From Eledone cirrhosa (taxonomy: Eukaryota), in NCBI GenBank assembly GCA_964016885.1, contig OZ024741.1, positions 72,168,001-72,232,000 on the forward strand: a DNA stretch of 64,000 nt, read 5' to 3'. The notes below the pieces were generated by a model. It made no database searches. It saw nothing but the letters and a program-made list of their open reading frames with translations, and was not told the origin of the DNA. Position 1 is the first letter of the stretch; every line of letters starts with the position of its first letter. Shown here one piece after another: positions 50,764-60,525 of the stretch. A program made the translations under genes and the position numbers.

Positions 50764-51003
50764 ATTATATCTGAAAACATGAGATGGTCACGGATGGAAT
50801 GTGATTGATTATAGGTCTACTTGATTAGAGCTGACCTAGGGCTAAACAACTCCACCCGACTTCTACATTGTTGCTGCTGCTGCCATCTGTTGACCCCTAG
50901 ATAAGAATGGAGGTGAAGTGGAGAAACAAACTCCTCTCAACCTCTCTAATTACTATATGAGGAGGGGTGGTGGGAGAGAGGAACAGAGAGAATGATATCG
51001 CAA

Positions 51004-51162
51004 TAGAGAGAGTGAAAGAAAGAAAGAGAGAGAGTGTGTAAAGGCGAGAGAGAGTGTGTAAGGCGAGAGGTAGTGAGGTACAGAGAATCTGACAGATAGA
51101 ACAGCAGAAAGCTGGGAAAGAACAGACAGAGAGAGAGAGAGAGACAGTGAGGTACAGAGAGA
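51004..51162. repeat. GA-rich low-complexity / (GA)n tract
   Basis: Runs of GAGAGA, GAAA and a short duplication GAGAGTGTGTAA(A)GGCGAGAG. Confidence 0.8.
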
Positions 51163-51562
51163 AACTATATTTTATTTAAACTGAAATTTGAAAAAATATA
51201 CAAAAAACTACTGGAGTATTTTTTGTTCAACACGCATTCTCCCTCTCTTTTTCACTAACACACGCAATCTCTATGGCACACATACTGTCCTCCCCCATCT
51301 CTCTCATACATAAACACACTATCACAAATACATACTGTCTCTGACATACACAGACAGATATGGACAGACAAACACCTGTACGTGTTTACTGATATCCTGA
51401 AAACACATGTCCGACATGTACACGTTTGCGCATATTTATTTATATATGTATATTTTTAGAATGCTTGACAATATATATTTATTGATATGCAAGCTCATGT
51501 CCACATATACACAAATTACATTTCATGGTAGCTAATGTGAACATATAACTTATTTGTGCCAT

Positions 51563-51662
51563 AACCCATGTAGAAAGTAATAGACCATGGAGTGAGAATT
51601 AGGCTATATGGTAGGTATTAAACCATGGGGAGGGTATTACACCATGGATTAGGTATAAGGCA
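51563..51662 (+). repeat. Degenerate ~19-20-bp minisatellite (ACCATGG..AGGTATTA)
   Basis: ACCATGGAGTGAGAATTAGG, ACCATGGGGAGGGTATTAC and ACCATGGATTAGGTATAAGG in tandem. Confidence 0.6.
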
Positions 51663-51844
51663 AATGAATAATCATTTTTTGTTTGTTTAAGTAATGTTTA
51701 CTTTGCTTCTTAGGAATTCACAACACTGGAGTGAGCAATGTCTAACAACGGAAATCGAACTGTTAACCCTTCGGATAAGCAGTTAAACACTTCTCACTCT
51801 TTCACCCAAGACTTCCCTCCATTGGTTCTGACGTGTGTTCCACT

Positions 51845-52050
51845 TCATTCGATCAACGGAACAGACTGCTCGTGAAATTAACAATTATTCCATAAGCTCG
51901 TGTACCCTTAACGTAATTCTCAGGCATAACTCATTTCTTTTTACAACTGACGTAAAATAAAGTGTCTTGCTCAAGAATACAACGCGCCACCGGGAATCGA
52001 ACTTACAACATTTCCGAACATTCCCTAACCACTAAGCCATGTATCTTCAC
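51845..52050 (-). mobile_element. tRNA-derived SINE family C
   Basis: GATCAACGGAACAGACTGCTCGTGAAATTAAC...GTGTCTTGCTCAAG...GGGAATCGAAC (B box on minus strand)...CTAACCACTAAGCCA. Confidence 0.85.
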
Positions 52051-52113
52051 TTCTTTCTGTAAGAAATCAGTTAATTTAATTAAACACACATTATTCTAGT
52101 ATACCACACACGT

Positions 52114-52225
52114 GCATGAAGGCATTGAAAAAAAAACAACTTCACAGCTCACATATGAAGGTTTAGCTGGTCTCCTACGAAGTTGCACCTCATATGAAGC
52201 TTCTTGGGTGTTTTAATTACAGGGA
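52114..52225 (+). repeat. Interspersed repeat family D (second copy at 55522-55640)
   Basis: TATGAAGGTTTAGCTGGTCTCCTACGAAGTTGCAC...GGGTGTTTTAA versus TATGTAGGTTTAGTTGGCCTCCTACGAGGTTACAC...GGGTGTTTTAA. Confidence 0.7.
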
Positions 52226-52249
52226 TTGCTCCGGCGAGTGTTCCCATTT

Positions 52250-52500
52250 ATGAACAACGGAGCAAGCAGCCTGCTCGTGAAATTAACGCGCAGGTGGCCG
52301 AACACTTCACATAATTCTCAGGGAGATTCAGCATGACGGTGTATGACAAGGCTGGCCTTTCGAATTACAGACAACTATTTTTTCTCCCAGCTGACTGGAC
52401 TGCAGCCACGCGAAATAAGGTGTCTTGTTCAAGGAAATGACATGCCACCCTGCCGGAAATACGATCATGAGCCCAATATCTAAACCACAATGCCCCGCCA
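52250..52500 (-). mobile_element. tRNA-derived SINE family C
   Basis: GCCTGCTCGTGAAATTAACG...CCAGCTGACTGGACTG...GTGTCTTGTTCAAGG is homologous to 51845-52050 and 46557-46689. Confidence 0.8.
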
Positions 52501-52719
52501 CACCACAAAGGCTCTCTTTCAGTGTTTCTGAGAGTAATATTGGTAAAACATTGTTGAAAACCGAAGAGCTGAATGATTAAGTTGAACGAGCCAACACTGA
52601 CTGATAAGTAAGTTACGACAGATAAATGTTTTAGCTATTTCAGGGAAATTAATTTAATCATGAGTATGTGTTTGTATACACACACACATCAGATGGAACA
52701 ATATGTAATGACTAATAAT

Positions 52720-52903
52720 TGTTTCTACTTTAGGCACAAGGCCAGCAATTACCCAGTGCATTACTGGTACTTTATTTTATCGACCCCGTAAGGATGAAAG
52801 GCAAAGTCAACCTCGGCGGGATTTGAACTCAGATCATAAAGGGACGCAACTATGCTGGAAAGCATGGCGTCCGACCCTCTACCGATACTGCCAATCCACC
52901 GCC
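52720..52903 (-). mobile_element. Full-length SINE family A with 18-bp TSD
   Basis: Reverse complement of family A; TATGTAATGACTAATAAT flanks it at 52702-52719 and 52911-52928. Confidence 0.92.
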
Positions 52904-52978
52904 ATGTAATTATGTAATGACTAATAATAAACGTGAAGAGTAAGGCTAAAATTCCCATTGCACCACAATTATTAATCA

Positions 52979-53029
52979 TGTGTGTGTATGTGCGTATATA
53001 TATATATATATATATGTGTGTGTATGTGC

Positions 53030-53093
<64 letters not shown>

Positions 53094-53102
53094 AGAGAGA
53101 GA
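52979..53102. repeat. Compound (TG)n/(TA)n/(AG)n microsatellite
   Basis: Directly visible dinucleotide runs. Confidence 0.97.
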
Positions 53103-53656
53103 AATGGGAGGGGGAGAGAAACAGTTGTGTTGTGTGAAATGTAAATGTAAATTTCAATAAATGTTAAGCTGGATGAAGAAACATCGTGGGAGGTGGTTTG
53201 TGAAGAAAGAAATAAGTAGATAAATAAACAAACAAGGGAAAGAGAAAGACAGATTTGAAAGAGGTTTGACGGCGCTAGTCGAGATTCGCACCTCCTCATC
53301 TGTTTCGTTTTTTTTTTAAACAAAACATTCCGCTTTTTACACACTCCCACTAGCTAGACATCGATCTTATGAATAAATGTCGGTGTTGTAGTTTTTTTTT
53401 AGCAATTTTCTTGATGTGAGGATGTTGAAATTGAAAAAAAATTACATCGTAGCAGAGTCATTTTAAACCAACACATGAAATTACACTAACAAGATATTCT
53501 TGAAAAGTACAAAACAGTACTATGATTGCATCAAATTAAAAATTATAGTCTATACTTTAGTTTATTGCAACTTTTCATTACGATAGTCGACGAGTAAAGA
53601 TACTATAAACATTTGAATTAAACACAATTTTGAATATTTTCTGCTAAATTATACCA

Positions 53657-53782
53657 GGATGGTGGATTGATTGGCAAAATAGAGTATTACACTATTTGTT
53701 CTGGCTCTTTACAATCCGCAGAGTTTGACTTGGCTTTTTAATGAAGTACCACTAAAATACTGTGGTTCAATACAATTGACTA
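53657..53782 (+). mobile_element. SINE family A, highly degenerate
   Basis: GGTGGATTGATTGGCAAAAT...GAGTTTGACTTGGCTTTT...AAGTACCAC...ATACTGTGG. Confidence 0.5.
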
Positions 53783-54374
53783 TTCTTTCTCTGTGTCTGG
53801 TTCCTATACAGAAACCCATCTTATGGTGACTGTTTAGATGTAGTTTAACTATTTTTATATCAATCCAGTATGATAAAAGTTGAGAAAAACAAAAAACATA
53901 TTCACTTTTAGCAAAACTAGTTTAATGTCCCTCACCCTCACGGCTTTCTTAATAATGCATATTTTTTAATGAAATTCATCAGAAATACGTTTTCTGTGAT
54001 GTAGATTACGATTATGTTGATAAAATTAAAAATGATAATTAAAAAGAATACTTTCAACGTTGTATAGTTCCGTTTATTAATGCTTTCATTTACAGAATAC
54101 TTTCGATTCATCTTCGAAGATAGGTTATTGTTGATAATGAATAATATCAATCAGGATAATATAGATTTTCTACAGGAACGTAATATCATTGCAAAAAAGC
54201 AAACAAACAAATAAATAAATGAAATAAACTGAATTTTATAAACATTATCATAATCTAAAATCTATTTCTGTAAAACGTCATTAAAAATATACGTTATTAA
54301 GTTACGACGAAACGAAGTCGACGGGGCAGCTAAACTAGTTATGCCTTACTTTTGACACTACATAGAATCGAATC

Positions 54375-54696
54375 GATGGACCTCCGAGTCCTTCAATTAA
54401 CGAAACAGCCTGCTCATAGAAGTAACGTGTATGTTGCTGGGCAATCTACAGATACGTGTGTGTACCTTTAACATAATTTCCCAAGAAGATTCAGTGTGTG
54501 CCAAAGTTGACCCTTTGAATTATAAGAACAGTCCATCCGACGGACTTCTAAACAGTTTCTATCTACCTAATTTCACTTACAAAGCATCGGTTAAACCGGG
54601 GATGTGATAAATGGCACATGCCCAAAATGTCAGGCAGTGAGATCGAACCCGGGACATAATGATAGCAAAGTGAACCTCTTAACCATTCGGCCATGC
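54375..54696 (-). mobile_element. tRNA-derived SINE (family C-related composite)
   Basis: AACGAAACAGCCTGCTC...CCCTTTGAATTA...GATCGAACCC (B box on minus strand)...CTTAACCATTCGGCCATGC; homologous to 60074-60452. Confidence 0.75.
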
Positions 54697-55326
54697 TTAG
54701 TCCACACTACATAGAAAACGAAGTGAATGTAGCTATTTGTGTGAGTGGCTAAAGCGACTCTCCCGCAATGTAATTGCTTTCATATAAAAACGTTTAAAAG
54801 CAATTTCACTTTATTTAAACGATCTTGGAGTGTAACGTGCTGGTCTAAGTTTCACCCCTCCCCCCACAACAAATGTTCATTTTGCCTTGGAGGAATTTCC
54901 ATCATTGGTTTATTAACTTTTACTGGTGTTTTCTCGACCTTTAATTTTCTGTTTGTTTCGAACCACTAGCTGTATTGAATAATTGTTTATTTATTTCATG
55001 AATTTACTGTTCCATAATATAAGATTGTGATGGCACGTAATTTACTGGTAAAAATGTTCGGCTCGTGAATCGTAAGGATGTGTCTTTCCATTGCTGGCGG
55101 CGCCTTGTTTCCTGGAAGAATTCGGGGTGGAAATGGAATCGATTGAATTATTAGGGCAAAAGATTTCTGGTATATATATAATTATTGTGCATTTACTTTA
55201 TATCCTATTTACTTATTTATACAAGCCTGGGATCGATGAGGAATCAAGGTAATGCTCCCCAGCATGGCTACGGTCCAATCTAAGATGTATGACCCCTATT
55301 TTATAAGTTTCAAAACATTATATATA

Positions 55327-55511
55327 GCGGTGGATTGGCAGTATCGGTAGAGGGTCGGACACCATGCTTTGACGCATAGAGTTACGGCCCTTGACATTCT
55401 GAGTTCAAATCACACCAAGGTTAACTTTACCTTTCATCCTTACGGGGTCGATAAAATAAAGCACCAGTAATACACTGGTTAATTGCTGGCCTTGTGCCAA
55501 TAGTAGAAACA
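55327..55511 (+). mobile_element. Full-length SINE family A with 12-bp TSD
   Basis: Family A head, B box GAGTTCAAATC, core and tail; ATTATATATAGC at 55317-55328 and 55512-55523. Confidence 0.9.
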
Positions 55512-55877
55512 ATTATATATAGCCATATAAGTGTTGAAAATGAAATGAGATTTACACCTTAAACCTATGTAGGTTTAGTTGGCCTCCTACGAGGTTACAC
55601 ATGTCATAGGAGGTTTTTCGGGTGTTTTAAATAGCTGATAGGGGCCCAAAACCTATAAAATAAGAAAGAATAAAACGCACCGCACTACCCAGGAATCGAA
55701 CTCACAACATTCCTAACCACTATACTGTTATATAGCGTTATAAAACGAAGTGTTTTAAACATTATATACAATTACAAAACACTATATAATTATATAAAAC
55801 ATTTATATAATGTTATAAATCTTTTACATTACTTTAGGCACATTACTGTTTACGGGGATTTTATTAAAATTATTATT

Positions 55878-56034
55878 GTGGATTGGCAGAATCGTAAAGG
55901 CGTCAGACACATTACCTTCTGAGATCAAATCCCGTCGAGGTCGACTTTACCCTTCACCCTTCCGGGGTCGATTTAACCGACTTTCTTCTCCCCCTAAAAT
56001 TGCAGGTCTTGTGCCTGATTTAAAAATTATTATT
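55878..56034 (+). mobile_element. SINE family A, degenerate
   Basis: GTGGATTGGCAGAATCG...CAAATCCCGTCGAGGTCGACTTTACCCTTCACCCTTCCGGGGTCGAT...CTTGTGCC; AAAATTATTATT on both sides (55866, 56023). Confidence 0.8.
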
Positions 56035-56072
56035 ATCATCATCATTGTTCTTTTATTCTTTTACCTTTTCAG

Positions 56073-56107
56073 TCATATCCACCGCCAGTGCGTATTTTGC
56101 AAGCCTG
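56073..56107 (+). CDS. Candidate coding exon (xISTASAYFASL), unknown gene
   Basis: Long pyrimidine tract plus TTTTCAG acceptor; CTG|GTATGT donor; ends in phase 0, compatible with the next candidate exon. Confidence 0.35.
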
Positions 56108-56230
56108 GTATGTGTTTTATCGATCCGAAACTATAATGATCCTCAGAAGACAGCTGATGAGCGGGAATTGTGTATATGCTTGTCTCTTACGAGTTTTCTG
56201 TTTTCTATATTTCTTCCACTTGTCACTCAG

Positions 56231-56368
56231 ATCAATGTACCGACTGAACCCCCGTTTTATAGGATCTGCATAAATTCTCCTCCATATATAAATCAGATCT
56301 GTTTAGCACCAATGACTAAAATACTTGATAAGCAGTTTGAAATAGGGCTAATTATCAACATTGAACGG
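56231..56368 (+). CDS. Candidate 138-bp coding exon (INVPTEPPFYRICINSPPYINQICLAPMTKILDKQFEIGLIINIER), unknown gene
   Basis: Pyrimidine tract plus CACTCAG acceptor; CGG|GTTTGT donor; only one frame is open; phase 0-0; non-repetitive sequence. Confidence 0.45.
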
Positions 56369-56375
56369 GTTTGTA

Positions 56376-56492
56376 TTTCAAATCCCGCCGAGGCCCACTT
56401 TGCCTTTCATCCTTACGGGGTCGATAAAAATAAAGTACCAGTAATGCACTGTGTAATTGCTGGCCTTGTGCCAAAAGTAGAAACAATTATTA
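56376..56492 (+). mobile_element. SINE family A, 5'-truncated
   Basis: TTCAAATCCCGCCGAGG...GCCTTTCATCCTTACGGGGTCGATAAAAATAAAGTACC...GCTGGCCTTGTGCCAAAAGTAGAAACAATTATTA. Confidence 0.88.
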
Positions 56493-56629
56493 GTTTAACT
56501 TATATTTAATACATTGTGTGTATGTGTATAATATAAAAATATATACTAAGCATTTAAAGGGTAGTTCAACCTGATAAAAATGAAACACCACACTATCTTT
56601 AAACAGAAAGTGCACTTTAGATAATGTAG

Positions 56630-56632
<3 letters not shown>

Positions 56633-56671
<39 letters not shown>
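56633..56671. repeat. (TA)n microsatellite
   Basis: Pure TA run. Confidence 0.97.
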
Positions 56672-56675
<4 letters not shown>

Positions 56676-58246
56676 GCCTCAAAAGTTTCCGTTGACCCTT
56701 GCGGTGTGGGTTCGATTGTCACACTTCGTGGTAAATGGATGGTTGTTTTTGCTTGTTTTCTTTCTTTTTCTCTCGCTTTGATCATATATGTTTGTGCATT
56801 TTATTTGTGAGGTTCCTAGCAATCATTAATTGTATTTATTATATTTTCATTCTGTAAGAAATATAATCGATTAGTAATGTTATTTATACAACTGTGAATC
56901 ATAAAAACACCAATACATATTTTTGTGTATTATATGTACGTATTTCTGATATAAATGTAATAAAAAAAACTTTGAAACTATATATATATGTCATATATTG
57001 TTTGTTTATATATATATGTGAGTGTGTGTGTACACAAACAAAAAGACGGAATGGTCATGGTTGGAATACTTTTGATGACTTGGGGTTCTGGGGCTAAACA
57101 ACTTGAAGGGAGATTAATTAGATGGAGACACGGAGAGGAAGCAAGCCTAAAACAGAAAGGACGAGAAGAACGAGGTAGAAGGAGGAGAGTGAGAGAAACC
57201 TTATGAACGAGCACAATAAACATAGCGGTCAAGAAAAGAGGGATCAGTTTATATACAAGATATCATTCTAAAACTACCCCCAATTTTGTGTTCACCTTTA
57301 AAGAACCCATCATTTTTTTCTCTCTCAATATATTTAATTTTATTAGTTTTGTTTTAAGATAGTTGGAATGTGCTATGTGAAATGTGCGTTGTGCCGTTAG
57401 TAAAAAAAAAAATAAAATGGAAACTCCCTCCATTTATTTTACGATTAAATTTTAATTGTCATTCTCTCTTATTACATACAATTATAGTTTAGATTAACTG
57501 GAGTGATGACGATGGGTCGGGAGAGAAAGAAGCGAAAGAACGTTTGTTCCAGCAATTGTCAAAGTAAACTGACACCTTTTGGTGAGACACACACACACAC
57601 ACTCGTGTGTGTGTGCGCGCAAGCGCGAAGATAATAGAAAGAAAGATGTATAAAGCAGACAGTTAGATAAATAGAAAAACAGATCGATGGATAAATAGAT
57701 AGAGTATTTGTTCGAAGCTGATGGCTCACTCCGTCACTACTCAGAGTTTGTCGCTATGCATGATCATTTATACAATTATCATGAACATATACACGTGTAT
57801 GTGTGCAAATAGAGAAATGCATAGATACATAGACAGAAAAGGAGACAGGTAGACCGATATATAGATAGAAAATAGACAAACTGATTTACAAATAAATCGA
57901 TAGAGGCGAGTAAACGCAATGCAACATCGGGAGGGGTTGCACTGGATCCCCCCCCCCCATACAATGGTGCACCCTCATATTTAGAAACTTTACGGTGATA
58001 TGTTTATTCCGGAACTCGGCCTTATGAATATTGCGAATTAAAGTGCCCACCCAGAATGTTCTGAAGCATGCATACCCACTTCCCAAGCACCAAGTTTGCT
58101 CAACATACTATTAGGCCAATTAATGGAATAATTTTATTCACAGGTGTATAAATAACATTACAAATTGTTCAAAATTCTTTCAGAATGAAAATATAAACAC
58201 ATATAATAAATACAACTAGTATGAACCTTACAAATACAACGCATCA

Positions 58247-58890
58247 ATGCGACCAAAGCAAGAAAAAGAAGATAATTCAGAAGCCTTCACATCTATCAGA
58301 AGTTGGCATCAGAGATTCAAACGATGGCATAACTTTACACAGCATCCGTATCATTGGGGACGTTGTAAGTGTAAAAATACCGTTAAACCAAAGATTTTCC
58401 GCAGGTTTTTAACGATTTTGATACCAACCCACCTGTTTCTATGAAAGAACACCACCTATTTTAAAAGTCCTTCTTAAAACCATCCAACATAATTTTATTT
58501 AAGGGCGTTTTCTTATGCTAAAAATGCTATATAATGAAATTATAATTTTACTAAATTCTTCATTAATTAATTAAAACAAAATATTCAATTAGAAATACGG
58601 TAAGGAAACAGTTAAGAGTATCATCGGATGTGATAACCACCCTCCCTCCTCCACAACATGTACCCAATGTAGATGAAACAAATCTTTTTTGGAAAAAGAA
58701 TGCCAGCCCACGCTTTCATATCTCGAGAAGACAACAATGCCTTTAGGTTCAATGCCGGAAAAATACCGTTTAAACACCCACTACGACTTAGCGGTAATAC
58801 TTCAGGAGACCTCAATCCAACGATCATTTATCAATCATAAAAATTTACAAATATTTTATAATTTGTCACGGAAAAAGCTGGCAGTATAAT
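58247..58890 (+). pseudogene. Frameshifted Tigger/pogo-family (TIGD-like) DDE transposase fossil, split by a MITE
   Basis: Manual translation across frames gives EAFTSIRSWHQRFKRWHN / LHSIRIIGDVVSV / FSAGF..KSII / PPQHVPNVDETNLFWKK / MPAHAFISREDNNAFRFNAGK / LRLSGNTSGDLNPTIIYQS*. This is colinear with the Tigger motifs F.AS.GW..RFK.R, G E..S, Q.FN.DETGLFWK.MP..TFI, RLT.LLG.NA.GD.K.KP..IY.S. Confidence 0.85.
58409..58615 (+). mobile_element. piggyBac-like MITE inserted at TTAA within the transposase fossil
   Basis: TTAA at both ends (58409-12, 58612-15); left end matches 47512; removing it rejoins the transposase motif. Confidence 0.75.
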
Positions 58891-59171
58891 GCCTGAAATT
58901 TGTTTTTCTACATTTGTGTAAAACATTTTACGTATGAGCAGGACGTGATCACCTAACCAGTCTAGCCTCAATAGGTAAGAACGGAACTCATGCTAGCATG
59001 AAAAATAGTGATGATGAAACACTCATGACCAATAATATACCTGCCTGTGATTTGGAAACCCAACAGGAAGGTCTAGGTGTCAATAGAAAATTTCAGCGAT
59101 CTGTTTCATAGATCGCTGTCCATCAGTAAAAAAAAAAAAATTGTGAAGAACATGTTTTTTTATTATTACAA

Positions 59172-59360
59172 GGGCGGTAGACTGACAGAATAGCTAGTGT
59201 GTCAGCTGAAATGTATTGCTGTGTTTCGTTACAATCCTCTACTTTCTGGTTTTATATCCCAATGAGATCAACTTTGCCTTTCATACTTCCGGAGCTCATA
59301 AAATAAAGTACTAGGGTCGATGTAATCGACTTGCCACAAATTGCCTATATTAGACAGAAT
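59172..59360 (+). mobile_element. SINE family A, degenerate
   Basis: GGGCGGTAGACTGACAGAAT...CAACTTTGCCTTTCATACTTCCGGAGCTCATAAAATAAAGTAC...GGGTCGATGTAATCGAC. Confidence 0.75.
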
Positions 59361-59579
59361 TATCACATCTGTCTCCCTTTGGAGGTAGAATTTATGTTTT
59401 TCCTGTGTTTTGAACGAATCTGACCTCCAAAACCCGTCAAAAATTATTTGGTTTTTAGTCGGCAGCAAGGGTCATCATGGTGGGAATTATGAGTTCCTGA
59501 GTGTGGGAAAATTTGTTTAAAACGCATAAAAAACCAAAGAAAACACAAATTTCACCTCTTAAAGGAGACAGGTATAATA
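59361..59579. mobile_element. MITE-like element with ~39-bp imperfect terminal inverted repeats
   Basis: 59361-59399 versus reverse complement of 59541-59579: 30/39 identical by hand (core CTGTCTCC...GAGGT..AATTT.TGTTT). Confidence 0.65.
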
Positions 59580-59771
59580 ATTCTTTGTTGGCTCAAACCA
59601 GTAATTTTAGGGGAAGAAAGGTCCAATAAATTGACCACAATACTTTAATGGTATTTACGATCAAGGATGGATGAAAAGCAAGTTGAACTCGGTGGGATTT
59701 CAACTCAGAACTATAACTAAATGTTACAAAGTATTTTATCCGACGTTCTAACTATTCTGCCAATCCACCAC
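59580..59771 (-). mobile_element. SINE family A, degenerate reverse copy
   Basis: GGATGAAAAGCAAGTTGAACTCGGTGGGATTTCAACTCAGAAC...ATTCTGCCAATCCACC. Confidence 0.75.
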
Positions 59772-60073
59772 TCTGAGACGAGTGTGATAATGATAAGGTT
59801 AGTTAGAAGTTTGAAGGACAAATATGTTTTTCTTTTGATTTTTGATGTGTTCTGAACGAATATTGTCTTCAAAACCGTAGTAAATTACTCGTTTCCTATA
59901 GTTACCTCAGCCGAGAACTCCTGTCTCAGACGTGATATAAAAAAAATTATCGTCATTTCTAAAGTCAAGACATACAATCTTCGTTGCACTTTCAAACAAC
60001 TTATTGAAAAAACAGATGTTAAACCATTTATCAAGAACGTTTCGTAAAGCAAGCTTCCATATAACGAAGACAC

Positions 60074-60276
60074 AGCGTGGCCGACTACTTAAGAAGTTCG
60101 TTCCGCAATTATTAGGTGTCGGGGTTCGATACCACTGCGTGGCATCTTGGGCAAGTATCATTTACCATAGGCTCGGCTCGACCCATGCTTTCTGGGTGAA
60201 ATTGAGTAGATAGAAACTGTTTGGGAGTCAGTCGGATACCTGTAATTCAAAGGACCAACTTTGGCACATGCTGAAT
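60074..60276 (+). mobile_element. tRNA-derived SINE (family C-related)
   Basis: tRNA-like head with GGTTCGATACC B box, then GCGTGGCATCTTGGGCAAGT; reverse of 54375-54696. Confidence 0.75.
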
Positions 60277-60291
60277 GAGTATCTCGGTTAT

Positions 60292-60452
60292 TCGATCAAC
60301 GGAAGAGCCTGCTCGTAAGCTTTCAGGGAGAATCAACAAAGCAGTGTGACAAGACCGATACTTTGAATTACAGGTACAGTCCCCGTCTTTCGAAAAGTTT
60401 CCGTCTATCTAATTTCACACACAAAGCTTGGATCGACCGCCAGGCAGTGAGA
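60292..60452 (-). mobile_element. SINE (family C-related), reverse copy
   Basis: TCGATCAACGGAAGAGCCTGCTCGT...CTTTGAATTACAGGTAC...GTTTCCGTCTATCTAATTTCAC. Confidence 0.75.
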
Positions 60453-60457
60453 ATAAT

Positions 60458-60525
60458 ATGGCCGAATGGTTAAGAAGTTCGCTTCGCAATCATTAGGTCC
60501 TGGGTGCGATCCGATTGCGTGGTTC
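60458..60525 (+). mobile_element. SINE head fragment (tRNA-like)
   Basis: TGGCCGAATGGTTAAGAAGTTCGCTTCGCAATCATTAGGTCCTGGGTGCGATCC is paralogous to 60074-60140. Confidence 0.7.

Larger units (their letters stand above)
50247..50850 (+). mobile_element. Repeat family B copy split by a family A SINE dimer
   Basis: CTAGAAATAGCAAC...GGATAATG on the left and GAGATGGTCACGG...GCTGACCTAGGGCTAAACAAC on the right together align to 46750-46890. Confidence 0.7.

Noticed and set aside
49427-52979. ORFs sharing the peptide FAFHPYGVDKIKY
   Set aside because: This is a translation of the SINE family A core, not a protein family.
55100-55255. Additional upstream exons (LEEFGVEMESIELLGQKIS; CAAG|GTAATG donor)
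   Set aside because: They overlap SINE-derived sequence and lack a convincing acceptor.
57587-57627. Palindrome (CA)n-CTC-(GT)n and CGCGC..GCGCG
   Set aside because: A short juxtaposition of complementary microsatellites, common in such genomes.
50355-60525. tRNA genes suggested by A/B boxes
   Set aside because: The boxes belong to SINE heads followed by SINE body; there is no complete cloverleaf or acceptor stem.
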